A DNA stretch of 26,597 bases from a virus (lineage: Duplodnaviria > Caudoviricetes), in the IMG/VR virus record IMGVR_UViG_3300024513_000076, positions 1-26,597 of that record; one strand, given 5' to 3'. Shown here in pieces: positions 8,216-14,658 of this stretch. Position 1 is the first letter of the stretch. Each line of letters starts with the position of its first letter. The notes beneath the pieces were generated by a model. It was not told the origin of the DNA. It did no database searches and saw only the letters and a list, made by a program, of their open reading frames with translations. The position numbers were made by a program, and so were the translations under genes.

Positions 8216-8261
8216 CTTTAACTCCTAGTTGATTCCAGACTTAGGGTGTCTGGCTTACCCA

Positions 8262-8369
8262 TCAAAACGGTGGTCTTGAAATAAGAATGTTGAAATAGTT
8301 GCGTACTGCCCACCAATTGCGGTTAAGCAAGTGTTTGCAGATCATCTTGATGCACAACCAGTTATCCAC
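8262..8369 (-). CDS. 35-aa small protein (not in ORF track)
   Basis: GTG start with GGAGGGGAG upstream. Translates as MDNWLCIKMICKHLLNRNWWAVRNYFNILISRPPF and overlaps the upstream stop. Confidence 0.55.
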   Translation of the reverse strand: MDNWLCIKMICKHLLNRNWWAVRNYFNILISRPPF

Positions 8370-8574
8370 GCAGCACTCCCCTCCACATGAATCTGTTTTG
8401 ATTCATTGATAGCATCGGCTCGATCTCTGCCAAGTGTGGTGTTTTGGCTCCCAGGAACCATTGCTCTCCGTCCCAATAGGAATAGCACTTGACCACATTG
8501 CTGACTTTGCGCTGGTAAACGCCTTCACGAACTGGCTTCATGGTGCCAGGGAACCAAGGGGTGTACTTGGTCAT
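8362..8574 (-). CDS. Conserved phage hypothetical protein
   Basis: TPWFPGxxKPVRxGVYQR...YWDGxxW...WRG motif. ATGA coupling. Confidence 0.8.
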   Translation of the reverse strand: MTKYTPWFPGTMKPVREGVYQRKVSNVVKCYSYWDGEQWFLGAKTPHLAEIEPMLSMNQNRFMWRGVLRG

Positions 8575-8972
8575 TGTTGCCTTCCTGTTGCTTTTGCGAT
8601 GGTGGCACGGGCTTTCCGGTAACCGTCTGTGTACGCTCCCTCAAGGACTGGCTCAGGCATTTGTCTAATTGCCCACTCCAACGCCTCCAACAACTCAGCA
8701 TTTAGCGAACGTTCCCTCGCATAAAGCCGACACATAGCTTCAGTGTCACGACGCTCACGTTCAATGCGCTGCGCTGGTGTTTCGTCTTCTTTTAGGAATG
8801 GTTCGCAAGCGCTGACTAAAGCGTGCAAGCGGCGCAGTTCGCTGGCTCCGTTCTGGCACAAGCACAGCAAAATGGCGACAGCTTTGCCCTCTGTTTCAAA
8901 GTTGCCGGGGTAAATCCTTTGGGGGTCTTCCAGCTCGGCAATCAACGCCAGGGTGTCTACGTCCGCGCTCAT
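8571..8972 (-). CDS. Hypothetical mosaic early protein
   Basis: ASELRRLHA and ELLEALE...ARATIAKATG segments. Start placed at 8972 by ATGA overlap. Confidence 0.75.
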   Translation of the reverse strand: MSADVDTLALIAELEDPQRIYPGNFETEGKAVAILLCLCQNGASELRRLHALVSACEPFLKEDETPAQRIERERRDTEAMCRLYARERSLNAELLEALEWAIRQMPEPVLEGAYTDGYRKARATIAKATGRQQ

Positions 8973-9142
8973 ACCGTCCACCACACTACGTAACAGATGG
9001 CAAAGAAGATACCAATAGCACAGGCCAGCAACACGCTCAGGAAGGCCTCAAATCGGCTCTGTACGCTCTTGATTTCTGCTTGTTGGTATCCGACATCAAA
9101 ATTGCATTCTGCAAGCGTTCTAGGGGTCTGATAGTTCTTCAT
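8969..9142 (-). CDS. 57-aa small protein with C-terminal TM helix (not in ORF track)
   Basis: MKNYQTPRTLAECNFDVGY...FLSVLLACAIGIFFAICYVVWWTV. ATGA overlaps at both ends. Confidence 0.8.
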   Translation of the reverse strand: MKNYQTPRTLAECNFDVGYQQAEIKSVQSRFEAFLSVLLACAIGIFFAICYVVWWTV

Positions 9143-9432
9143 TGAGCCTCCAGAGTGTTGGCAAGACGGTTCATCAGAATAAATCGAGCATCAAGTGCTT
9201 TCTTAGCGGTTGCATTCATAACGATGCTAAAAAGCTCTGCATTGGTTGCGCTGTTAAGGTCGTTAATCCTCCACCAAGCTACAGGATCGTCTGCATTGGC
9301 GCATTCGTCATAAATCATGCTGGCAAGCACTTCTGGAGTTGTCAGCCCGTCATCAACTTCTTGCGAGTCATTGCGCGGGTCGAGCGGATGATCCGTCAGT
9401 GGAAAAAACTCGTAATCGCCTGGTCCGTACAT
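9139..9432 (-). CDS. First gene of the leftward operon, acidic hypothetical protein
   Basis: GGAGG RBS 6 nt before ATG 9432 (MYGPGDYEF...DPRND). No HTH or S24 motif. Confidence 0.8.
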   Translation of the reverse strand: MYGPGDYEFFPLTDHPLDPRNDSQEVDDGLTTPEVLASMIYDECANADDPVAWWRINDLNSATNAELFSIVMNATAKKALDARFILMNRLANTLEAQ

Positions 9433-9460
9433 CTTTATCCTCCGTGTTAGTACGAAGCGA

Positions 9461-9489
9461 AGATTAAGGCGTCTTAAGCACAATGTCAT
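9461..9489 (-). promoter_or_regulatory. Leftward sigma70-type promoter (PL-like)
   Basis: Minus strand reads ATGACA-17 nt-TAATCT. Operator-like palindrome 9464-9477 overlaps the spacer and -10. Confidence 0.55.
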
Positions 9490-9530
9490 TAGGACTTTCC
9501 CTAAGTTGTCTTAAGAATTAGTTGCCTTAT
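9464..9530. promoter_or_regulatory. Three 14-bp operator-like imperfect palindromes
   Basis: TTAAGGCGTCTTAA (9464-9477), CTAAGTTGTCTTAA (9501-9514), ATTAGTTGCCTTAT (9517-9530). Consensus is roughly TAAG-N4-CTTA. Confidence 0.7.
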
Positions 9531-9533
9531 GAT
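9506..9533 (+). promoter_or_regulatory. Rightward sigma70-type promoter (PR-like), probably giving a leaderless cro mRNA
   Basis: TTGTCT-16 nt-TATGAT. The cro ATG at 9540 is 7 nt after the -10 box. Confidence 0.6.
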
Positions 9534-9539
9534 GTCGGA

Positions 9540-9716
9540 ATGGACAAAAAACAACTTATCGAAAAAGCTGGCAACCAAAAGGCGCTGGCGCAACTTCTTG
9601 GCATCTCTCAGGCTGCGATCAGTCAATGGAAAACCGTTCCAGAGGCTAGGATTTGGCAGCTCAAGGCCATGAAGCCTGAGTGGTTTGAGGCACAATCGGA
9701 ACCACAGTTGCCATAA
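9540..9716 (+). CDS. cro: Cro-like HTH transcriptional regulator
   Basis: GNQKALAQLLGISQAAISQW..VPEAR is a P22-Cro/YdaS-type HTH. First gene of the rightward unit. Confidence 0.9.
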   Translation: MDKKQLIEKAGNQKALAQLLGISQAAISQWKTVPEARIWQLKAMKPEWFEAQSEPQLP

Positions 9717-9724
9717 CTGTCTTT

Positions 9725-9754
9725 GGCCCAGGGTTCGCTCTGGGTCTTTTTTTT
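9725..9754 (+). terminator. Rho-independent terminator after cro
   Basis: GGCCCAGGG-TTCG-CTCTGGGTC stem-loop followed by T8. Confidence 0.85.
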
Positions 9755-9852
9755 CCAAGACGCATGGGGATTCCGTGGATGCAAAGCCCGAGTGATTAAG
9801 TTCATGAGGGACACCAGTTTGGTGAGTCATCAGGAGTCTCCAGCCGTGTTGG
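9755..9852 (+). ncRNA. Putative structured RNA element 1 (long closing stem)
   Basis: CCAAGACG/CGTGTTGG and TGGGGATTCC/GGAGTCTCCA pair (with G-U) and enclose a CACCA-GTT-TGGTG hairpin. Confidence 0.5.
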
Positions 9853-9878
9853 TACTTACGTGAGAGTGTGTGCCGACA

Positions 9879-9961
9879 GTTGGCCCGGAGCCGGTGAGTG
9901 GGTGTGGGTTTCATTCTCCGTAGTAGTCCCACAATAGTCCTGGGTTGCGCCAGGAGCCAAC
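9879..9961 (+). ncRNA. Putative structured RNA element 2 (multibranch, tRNA-like top half)
   Basis: GTTGGC/GCCAAC closing stem, TGTGGG/CCCACA arm, and a TCCTGG-GTTGCG-CCAGGA arm abutting the closing stem. Confidence 0.5.
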
Positions 9962-9970
9962 AACTTTTGC

Positions 9971-10000
9971 TTGCAAGGCATCTTAAAAGTGATGTAAGAT
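9971..10000 (+). promoter_or_regulatory. Putative sigma70 promoter carrying a fourth operator-like site
   Basis: TTGCAA-18 nt-TAAGAT. GCAAGGCATCTTAA (9973-9986) resembles the operator at 9464-9477. Confidence 0.55.
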
Positions 10001-10011
10001 GTTTTGAAATC

Positions 10012-10067
10012 TCGGCTAGGCAAGGAGTAGCTACCTTGCCGAAAAGCGTCACATCCCCGCCTGCCGA
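10012..10067 (+). ncRNA. c4/c4-2-like antisense RNA candidate
   Basis: Three-way junction: TCGGC/GCCGA, GCAAGG-AGTAGCTA-CCTTGC, GAAAA linker, GCG-TCACATCCC-CGC. Loop CATCCC is complementary to GGGATG at 10080-10085 and 10093-10098. Confidence 0.65.
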
Positions 10068-10102
10068 TGGTTTCTTTCAGGGATGCGTTTTAGGGATGAT
10101 GT

Positions 10103-10798
10103 ATGACCAGCATCAAGAACTGGAAAAAGTTTCAACACTTCCGAGACCGTCGGCCTCCATGGATCAAGCTGTACCGCGAGCTATTGGATGATCTGGATTG
10201 GCACGAACTAGAACCCAAGGCAGCAAAAGTCTTGGTCATGCTCTGGCTAATAGCCAGCGAAAATGACGGAAATCTCCCTGAAATCAAGAACTTAGCGTTC
10301 AGGTTAAGGATGTCAGAAAAGGACGCAATGTCCTGTGTTGACAAGCTGTCTCACTGGCTGGATCAAGATGATATCAGCGTGATATCAACCCGATATCAAG
10401 ATGATCTACCAGAGACAGAGACAGAGACAGAGATAGAGAAGAGACAGAATTCTTTGTCGGGAACTACGTTCCCTCCTTGCCCCCATCAGGAGATTTTGAA
10501 TCTTTGGAAGAAAAACCTTCCACATCTTGCCCAGCCAAGAAGTTGGGAGGGCAATCGGGTTGCCATGCTTAAAGCTCGATGGATTCAAGCTGCAAAGCCT
10601 TCCCCGTATTCGGAAGAAGGTTACGCCACGGTTGCTGAAGGGCTGGAGTGGTGGGACTCTTTCTTTGCTTATCTTGCCAAGCACACGAATTTGGCTAAGG
10701 GGTTCGAGTCCAATGGTCGGGTTTGGAGGCCTGATCTTCCGTGGGTGCTTAACGCAACCAACTTTCAAAAAATCGTTGATGGGAAGTACGACAAATGA
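10103..10798 (+). CDS. Phage replication initiator (lambda O-like architecture)
   Basis: N-terminal WIKLYRELLDD...LWLIASE...LAFRLR wHTH-like domain, ETETETE linker, C-terminal DLPWVLN..NFQKIVDGKY motif. Internal iterons. Located after cro. Confidence 0.85.
   Translation: MTSIKNWKKFQHFRDRRPPWIKLYRELLDDLDWHELEPKAAKVLVMLWLIASENDGNLPEIKNLAFRLRMSEKDAMSCVDKLSHWLDQDDISVISTRYQDDLPETETETEIEKRQNSLSGTTFPPCPHQEILNLWKKNLPHLAQPRSWEGNRVAMLKARWIQAAKPSPYSEEGYATVAEGLEWWDSFFAYLAKHTNLAKGFESNGRVWRPDLPWVLNATNFQKIVDGKYDK
10362..10448. repeat. Putative replication origin: 11-bp-spaced iterons plus CAGAGA hexamer run
   Basis: GATATCA at 10370, 10381 and 10392. ATCAAGATGAT at 10362 and 10395. (CAGAGA)x4 from 10410. 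Confidence 0.65.
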
Positions 10799-11208
10799 AA
10801 AGTTATAAGCGTGATGAACGGATTGCTGACGAAGCCAACAAGGAGTTGGACGAGCAAAAGCAGCTTCTCTGCCAAGCCCATGGTTGTCCGATGCCTTGGT
10901 CCTCGGATTTTGGGATGGGCCGGTTTTGCCGGTGGCATGTTGGCAAGAAGCCTTATGAGTGGCCCGAGATTACGCAGTTCACGCAAGCACAGTTTGATCT
11001 GGAGGCGCGGGAGCGTGAGCGACAAAGAAACCAACGCGGAGAGCGTTACGCTGATCCCGAGCGACTTAAGAAGATTATTGAGATGCTGGGTCAAAAGCCT
11101 GACCCGCTGGATTGGGCTAGAAGGTTAAGGGCTCGGGAGGAATCTGGGGAAAAGCTGTCAATGGTTCAGAAGGAAGCCTGGAGGAAGGCTCTTAAGGTGC
11201 CAGCATGA
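10795..11208 (+). CDS. Hypothetical protein coupled to the initiator (possible helicase-loader position)
   Basis: ATGA overlap. CxxxGC...FCxWH motif and DPLDWARRL segment. Confidence 0.75.
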   Translation: MKSYKRDERIADEANKELDEQKQLLCQAHGCPMPWSSDFGMGRFCRWHVGKKPYEWPEITQFTQAQFDLEARERERQRNQRGERYADPERLKKIIEMLGQKPDPLDWARRLRAREESGEKLSMVQKEAWRKALKVPA

Positions 11209-11390
11209 TTGCTTGCATGGGTGGATGGTGCACCAGCAGAGACAAATGCCAGCACTACTACGTGCACAGCAAAGTCATTGTTGAAAGGCTTTGTGGCAAG
11301 CTGGAAGAACCGGAGATGGTAAAAGTTGAACTAAAAACGGTTTCTATAAAACCATCAAGTTTTGATAGGAAAGAATATGACCATAAATAG
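11205..11390 (+). CDS. Small Cys-rich hypothetical protein
   Basis: CMGGWCxxRDKCxHY...ERLC. ATGA overlap. Confidence 0.7.
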   Translation: MIACMGGWCTSRDKCQHYYVHSKVIVERLCGKLEEPEMVKVELKTVSIKPSSFDRKEYDHK

Positions 11391-12255
11391 GTGGAGTGTT
11401 GAAGATATTGAATTCTTGAAAAAGTTTTATCCGTTAAAAGGAAAGAAATGGTGTTGTGATGCATTGCAAAAAACTGAAGCGTCTGTAAGATATAAAGCAT
11501 CTGCACTTAAATTAAAACAAGATCAAAATTCTCAATTTTTTTATGATTGGCAAGAAAGAGCAGCACTAAGCAAAATTGGCAAAAAAAGACCAGATCAAGC
11601 ATTTGTTATAAAAGATTTACATAGACTTGGAAAATTAAATAAAACAGACGAACAAAAAGCAAAATTAAGTTTAAGTAAAAAAAGATGGCATGAACAAAAT
11701 GAACATCCAAAAGGGATGCTTGGAAAAAAACATTCTAAAGAAGCATTAGAAAAAATGTCCATTGCATCAAAAAAGAATGCCGCTGCTATGAGTCAAGAAA
11801 AAAAAGCAGAAAAGACACTAAAGGCAATGAAAACAAGAGTTGCAAATGGTGGATTTGTACAACCAAGGCCAAAGACAACATGGAAGGGTGGTTGGAGAGA
11901 GATTGGTGGCGTTAACAAATTTTATAGATCAAGGTGGGAGGCCAACTATGCTAGATTTTTGGTTTGGCTCCAGCAACAAGGAAAAATAAGAAGTTGGAGA
12001 CATGAGCCTGAAACTTTTTGGTTTGAGGGAATTAAAAGAGGTTCTGTAAGTTATTTGCCAGATTTTTGGGTTCAAGAAATTGATGGAACTGATGCATTTC
12101 ATGAAGTCAAAGGATGGATGGATGACAGAAGCAAAACCAAATTAAAGCGAATGAAAAAATACTACCCTCATGTAAAATTGCTTATTGTTGGTGCAAAAGA
12201 ATACAAAGAATTAGAAAAACAATTTTCCAATTTAATTGTGGATTGGGAAAAATAA
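11377..12255 (+). CDS. NUMOD3-containing PD-(D/E)xK endonuclease (DUF1064/T7 endonuclease I-like C-terminus)
   Basis: GMLGKKHSKEALEKMS NUMOD3-like motif. C-terminal YRSRWEANYA...YLPDF...EVKGW catalytic pattern. Strongly AT-rich. Start may be 11362 or 11377. Confidence 0.8.
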   Translation: MTINRWSVEDIEFLKKFYPLKGKKWCCDALQKTEASVRYKASALKLKQDQNSQFFYDWQERAALSKIGKKRPDQAFVIKDLHRLGKLNKTDEQKAKLSLSKKRWHEQNEHPKGMLGKKHSKEALEKMSIASKKNAAAMSQEKKAEKTLKAMKTRVANGGFVQPRPKTTWKGGWREIGGVNKFYRSRWEANYARFLVWLQQQGKIRSWRHEPETFWFEGIKRGSVSYLPDFWVQEIDGTDAFHEVKGWMDDRSKTKLKRMKKYYPHVKLLIVGAKEYKELEKQFSNLIVDWEK

Positions 12256-12256
12256 A

Positions 12257-12589
12257 ATGGACGCTCCTTATAAAGCGGTAGAGTTTATTATTGAAAATTC
12301 TGCAAAGTACGCAGAAGCAAAATCAAAAAGAATCTATATATCTGAATTTAGAAAATCAAAGAAGGCATTGCTAATGAAGGAGGCAATGCTTAACAAGGTC
12401 GATGCAGCAAACGCTCAAGAACGCGAGGCGTACAGTAACCAGGAGTACATCGACCTGCTGGATGGTCTTGCAGCGGCGATTGAGGAAGAAGAAAGACTGT
12501 CCTGGATGCTTGAGGCTGCAAAGCTAAAGATAGAGATTTGGAAAACAGAATCCTTCAACAACCGCAGACAAGACAGAGCATCGGAATGA
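12257..12589 (+). CDS. Conserved helical hypothetical protein
   Basis: ATG 1 nt after the nuclease stop. YAEAK...EFRKSKKALLM...AQEREAY...IEIWKT all-alpha pattern. Confidence 0.8.
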   Translation: MDAPYKAVEFIIENSAKYAEAKSKRIYISEFRKSKKALLMKEAMLNKVDAANAQEREAYSNQEYIDLLDGLAAAIEEEERLSWMLEAAKLKIEIWKTESFNNRRQDRASE

Positions 12590-13269
12590 TTCACTACCAC
12601 GGAACTCCGATAACGCCAAAGTACGCTTTGGAATCAATGGGTGGAGAACATTTCTGTATAAGTTATTTCAGGCCAGATAGCCTTCAAACGTGCTTAAAAA
12701 TTGGTCAATCTTTAATGTTTGACAATGGGGCATTCAGTTGCAAAACCAGAAATGTGCCATTTGATTTGCATGGATTTTATGAATGGCTTGGCCCTTTGTT
12801 GGCCCATCCACATTGGGCAGTAGTGCCAGATGTCATTGATGGAACAGTAGAACAACAAAGACAAATGGTTAAGACTTGGCCTTACGGAAAGCAATTTGGC
12901 ATTCCTGTTTGGCATTGCGCTTTACCAATTGACTATTTGTTAGAACTTTGCGACTCATGGGGGAGAGTGTGCATCGGATCATCTGGAGAGTTTTGGCAAG
13001 TTGGCTCACCTAAGTGGTCAGCACGAATGGATGAAATTTTTAATGCATTGCACAAAACTTTCGGTCAGCGTTTGCCTTGGACGCATGGCTTAAGAATGCT
13101 TGGACAAGGAGAGAGCCATTGGCCTTTGTCATCTGCTGATAGCACTAATGTTGCTTTGAATCATGGAGAGCAACAACAGTGTGCCGGTTGCATGGCAAAA
13201 CGTATCAACAAACAAAACCCACCGACATCATGGAAACAACAACCAACACAAAATCACCTGTTTTGCTGA
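12586..13269 (+). CDS. TGT-fold protein, DpdA-like (putative DNA 7-deazaguanine transglycosylase)
   Basis: Ordered motifs FDNGAFS, VPDVI, PVWH, VCIGSSG, HGLRM, SADST parallel the TGT/DpdA barrel motifs. Adjacent to a YhhQ-like gene. ATGA start at 12586. Confidence 0.7.
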   Translation: MIHYHGTPITPKYALESMGGEHFCISYFRPDSLQTCLKIGQSLMFDNGAFSCKTRNVPFDLHGFYEWLGPLLAHPHWAVVPDVIDGTVEQQRQMVKTWPYGKQFGIPVWHCALPIDYLLELCDSWGRVCIGSSGEFWQVGSPKWSARMDEIFNALHKTFGQRLPWTHGLRMLGQGESHWPLSSADSTNVALNHGEQQQCAGCMAKRINKQNPPTSWKQQPTQNHLFC

Positions 13270-13751
13270 TTGCAATAGTTATATATGCATTGGCAATAAT
13301 TGCAGCAAATTTAACTGTTGCTGTATTTGGACCATCAATAACGCCAATTAACGCATTTGTTTTAATTGGGCTTGATCTTGCATTAAGAGATTGGTTGCAC
13401 TTAAGGCTTAAAACATGGCAAATGGGATGTTTGATATTTGGCACTGGATTGATAACTTATGTGCTAAACCAAGATGCTGGACGCATTGCTTTTGCATCAT
13501 CAGCATCTTTTGTCATTGCCGCTGTTGTTGATTGGCAAGTATTTCGTACCATCAAAGGATCGTGGTTGAAACGGTCTAATGTGTCAAACACTGCTGGTGC
13601 TGCGGTTGATTCGTTACTTTTTCCGACGATTGCGTTTGATGGGCTGATGCCTGAAATCGTGGCTTTGCAATTTGTTGCCAAGACTGTTGGTGGTGCAATT
13701 TGGGCATGGACATTGGCTTATGTACAAAAAACTGACCTACGTCCGCAGTAA
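13263..13751 (+). CDS. VUT/YhhQ-family membrane protein (queuosine precursor preQ0/preQ1 transporter-like)
   Basis: Multiple TM helices with IIAAN, LRDWLH, DWQVF and SNxxGAAVDSLLFPTIAF motifs. Start uncertain (TTG 13263 or ATG 13230). Confidence 0.8.
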   Translation: MLIAIVIYALAIIAANLTVAVFGPSITPINAFVLIGLDLALRDWLHLRLKTWQMGCLIFGTGLITYVLNQDAGRIAFASSASFVIAAVVDWQVFRTIKGSWLKRSNVSNTAGAAVDSLLFPTIAFDGLMPEIVALQFVAKTVGGAIWAWTLAYVQKTDLRPQ

Positions 13752-14034
13752 GCAGCTTCTGAGGATGGTGGCTGAACTTGAATGCCAGCACTGCGGAGCT
13801 TATCCAAGCCAAGCAGCTCACTCAAACTGGCATGGAAAGGGAATGGGCTTAAAAAGTTCAGATGTTAACGTAGCTGCATTGTGCTTAAGATGTCATTGGG
13901 AAGTTGACCAGGGAAATAAGTTAAGCAAAGAGGAAAGAAAGAAGATGTGGATGGACGCCCACAAGAAAACAGTGCAAACGATGTTAAGTCGAGGAAAGTG
14001 GCCTCAAGACATTGAGATTCCAGATTTGACATGA
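13720..14034 (+). CDS. Zn-binding HNH-like protein (DUF968/Ref-like)
   Basis: CQHCG...QAAHSN..GKGMGLK...ALCLRCH. Nin-region-like position. Confidence 0.8.
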   Translation: MYKKLTYVRSKQLLRMVAELECQHCGAYPSQAAHSNWHGKGMGLKSSDVNVAALCLRCHWEVDQGNKLSKEERKKMWMDAHKKTVQTMLSRGKWPQDIEIPDLT

Positions 14035-14402
14035 ACCTTACATCTCCAATCCCAGAACATCTCAAAGACGCTGAAGAAAGGCTTGAGAGGTACGGACGTT
14101 GGGCAGCAGATAGACCGCAGATCAAGACCTGCGGAAGTGCTGAAGGAAGATACAAGATTCCCCAAGATGACATTGACAGACAGCCAAAGACATTCAATTC
14201 AATCGACGAAATGATGCAATGTCAAAGGGCATTAGCTGCTGTAAGAAAAGAAGAAAGACAAGTTCTAACAATCCTGTACATCCCAAGAAAAGTTCCCATT
14301 GAGGCACAAATCAGGATTTTTAAGCTGGACAAAAGGACGTTTCCAGAAAGACACATCTCTGGTCTAAAACAATTTGACATCCTGCTAAGAACCGTGGTAT
14401 AA
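14031..14402 (+). CDS. Putative late-gene antiterminator (Q-like)
   Basis: ERLERYGRWA...GSAEGRY...RQVLTILY pattern. Last early gene, followed immediately by a strong promoter and terminator. Confidence 0.65.
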   Translation: MNLTSPIPEHLKDAEERLERYGRWAADRPQIKTCGSAEGRYKIPQDDIDRQPKTFNSIDEMMQCQRALAAVRKEERQVLTILYIPRKVPIEAQIRIFKLDKRTFPERHISGLKQFDILLRTVV

Positions 14403-14403
14403 A
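14374..14403 (+). promoter_or_regulatory. Late promoter (pR'-like)
   Basis: TTGACA (14374-14379), 18-nt spacer ending TGG, TATAAA (14398-14403). Confidence 0.7.
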
Positions 14404-14462
14404 GCATTACCTCATCACGGGATGGGAGCATCGCATGGCTCAAGCCAGGGCGAGGCGTCTTT

Positions 14463-14482
14463 AAGGCCAGAGGGCCTTTTTT
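14463..14482 (+). terminator. Rho-independent terminator (tR'-like)
   Basis: AAGGCC-AGAG-GGCCTT followed by TTTT. Confidence 0.7.
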
Positions 14483-14496
14483 CATTTGGGGGCAAG

Positions 14497-14658
14497 ATGC
14501 TGAAGAACCCTGCCAAAGAGATGCAGAAGTATCTCGACCAGAACAAGCGCAAATACCAGCAGACCAAGTTCATGAAGGCTTACCGCATGGCTGATGAGTT
14601 TGGTAAGGGCTACGAGGTAATCGAGATGCAAAAAGCCATGAAGGGCAAGAAGAAATGA
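14497..14658 (+). CDS. Small basic hypothetical protein
   Basis: MLKNPAKEMQKY...KGKKK. GGGGG upstream of ATG 14497. ATGA overlap downstream. Confidence 0.7.
   Translation: MLKNPAKEMQKYLDQNKRKYQQTKFMKAYRMADEFGKGYEVIEMQKAMKGKKK

Noticed and set aside
5396-8689. Shared 13-mer TCCAACGCCTCCA at about 5396 and 8677
   Set aside because: Both encode the common LEALE helix on the minus strand. Too short to claim a recombination site or att core.
9879-9964. Possible tRNA gene
   Set aside because: No D-arm consensus, no TTCRA T-loop, no 7-nt anticodon loop and no CCA end. Kept only as a tRNA-like structure.
9501-10052. 183-aa minus-strand ORF considered as a hidden CI repressor
   Set aside because: No HTH or S24 motif. 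It runs antisense through cro, its terminator and the structured RNAs, so it is most likely a shadow frame.
9898-10191. 97-aa plus-strand ORF across the RNA elements
   Set aside because: No recognisable motif, crosses a predicted promoter and the c4-like RNA, and overlaps rep out of frame.
14422-14496. N-terminal extension of track ORF 14422-14658
   Set aside because: It runs through the leader hairpins and terminator. ATG 14497 is the more plausible start.
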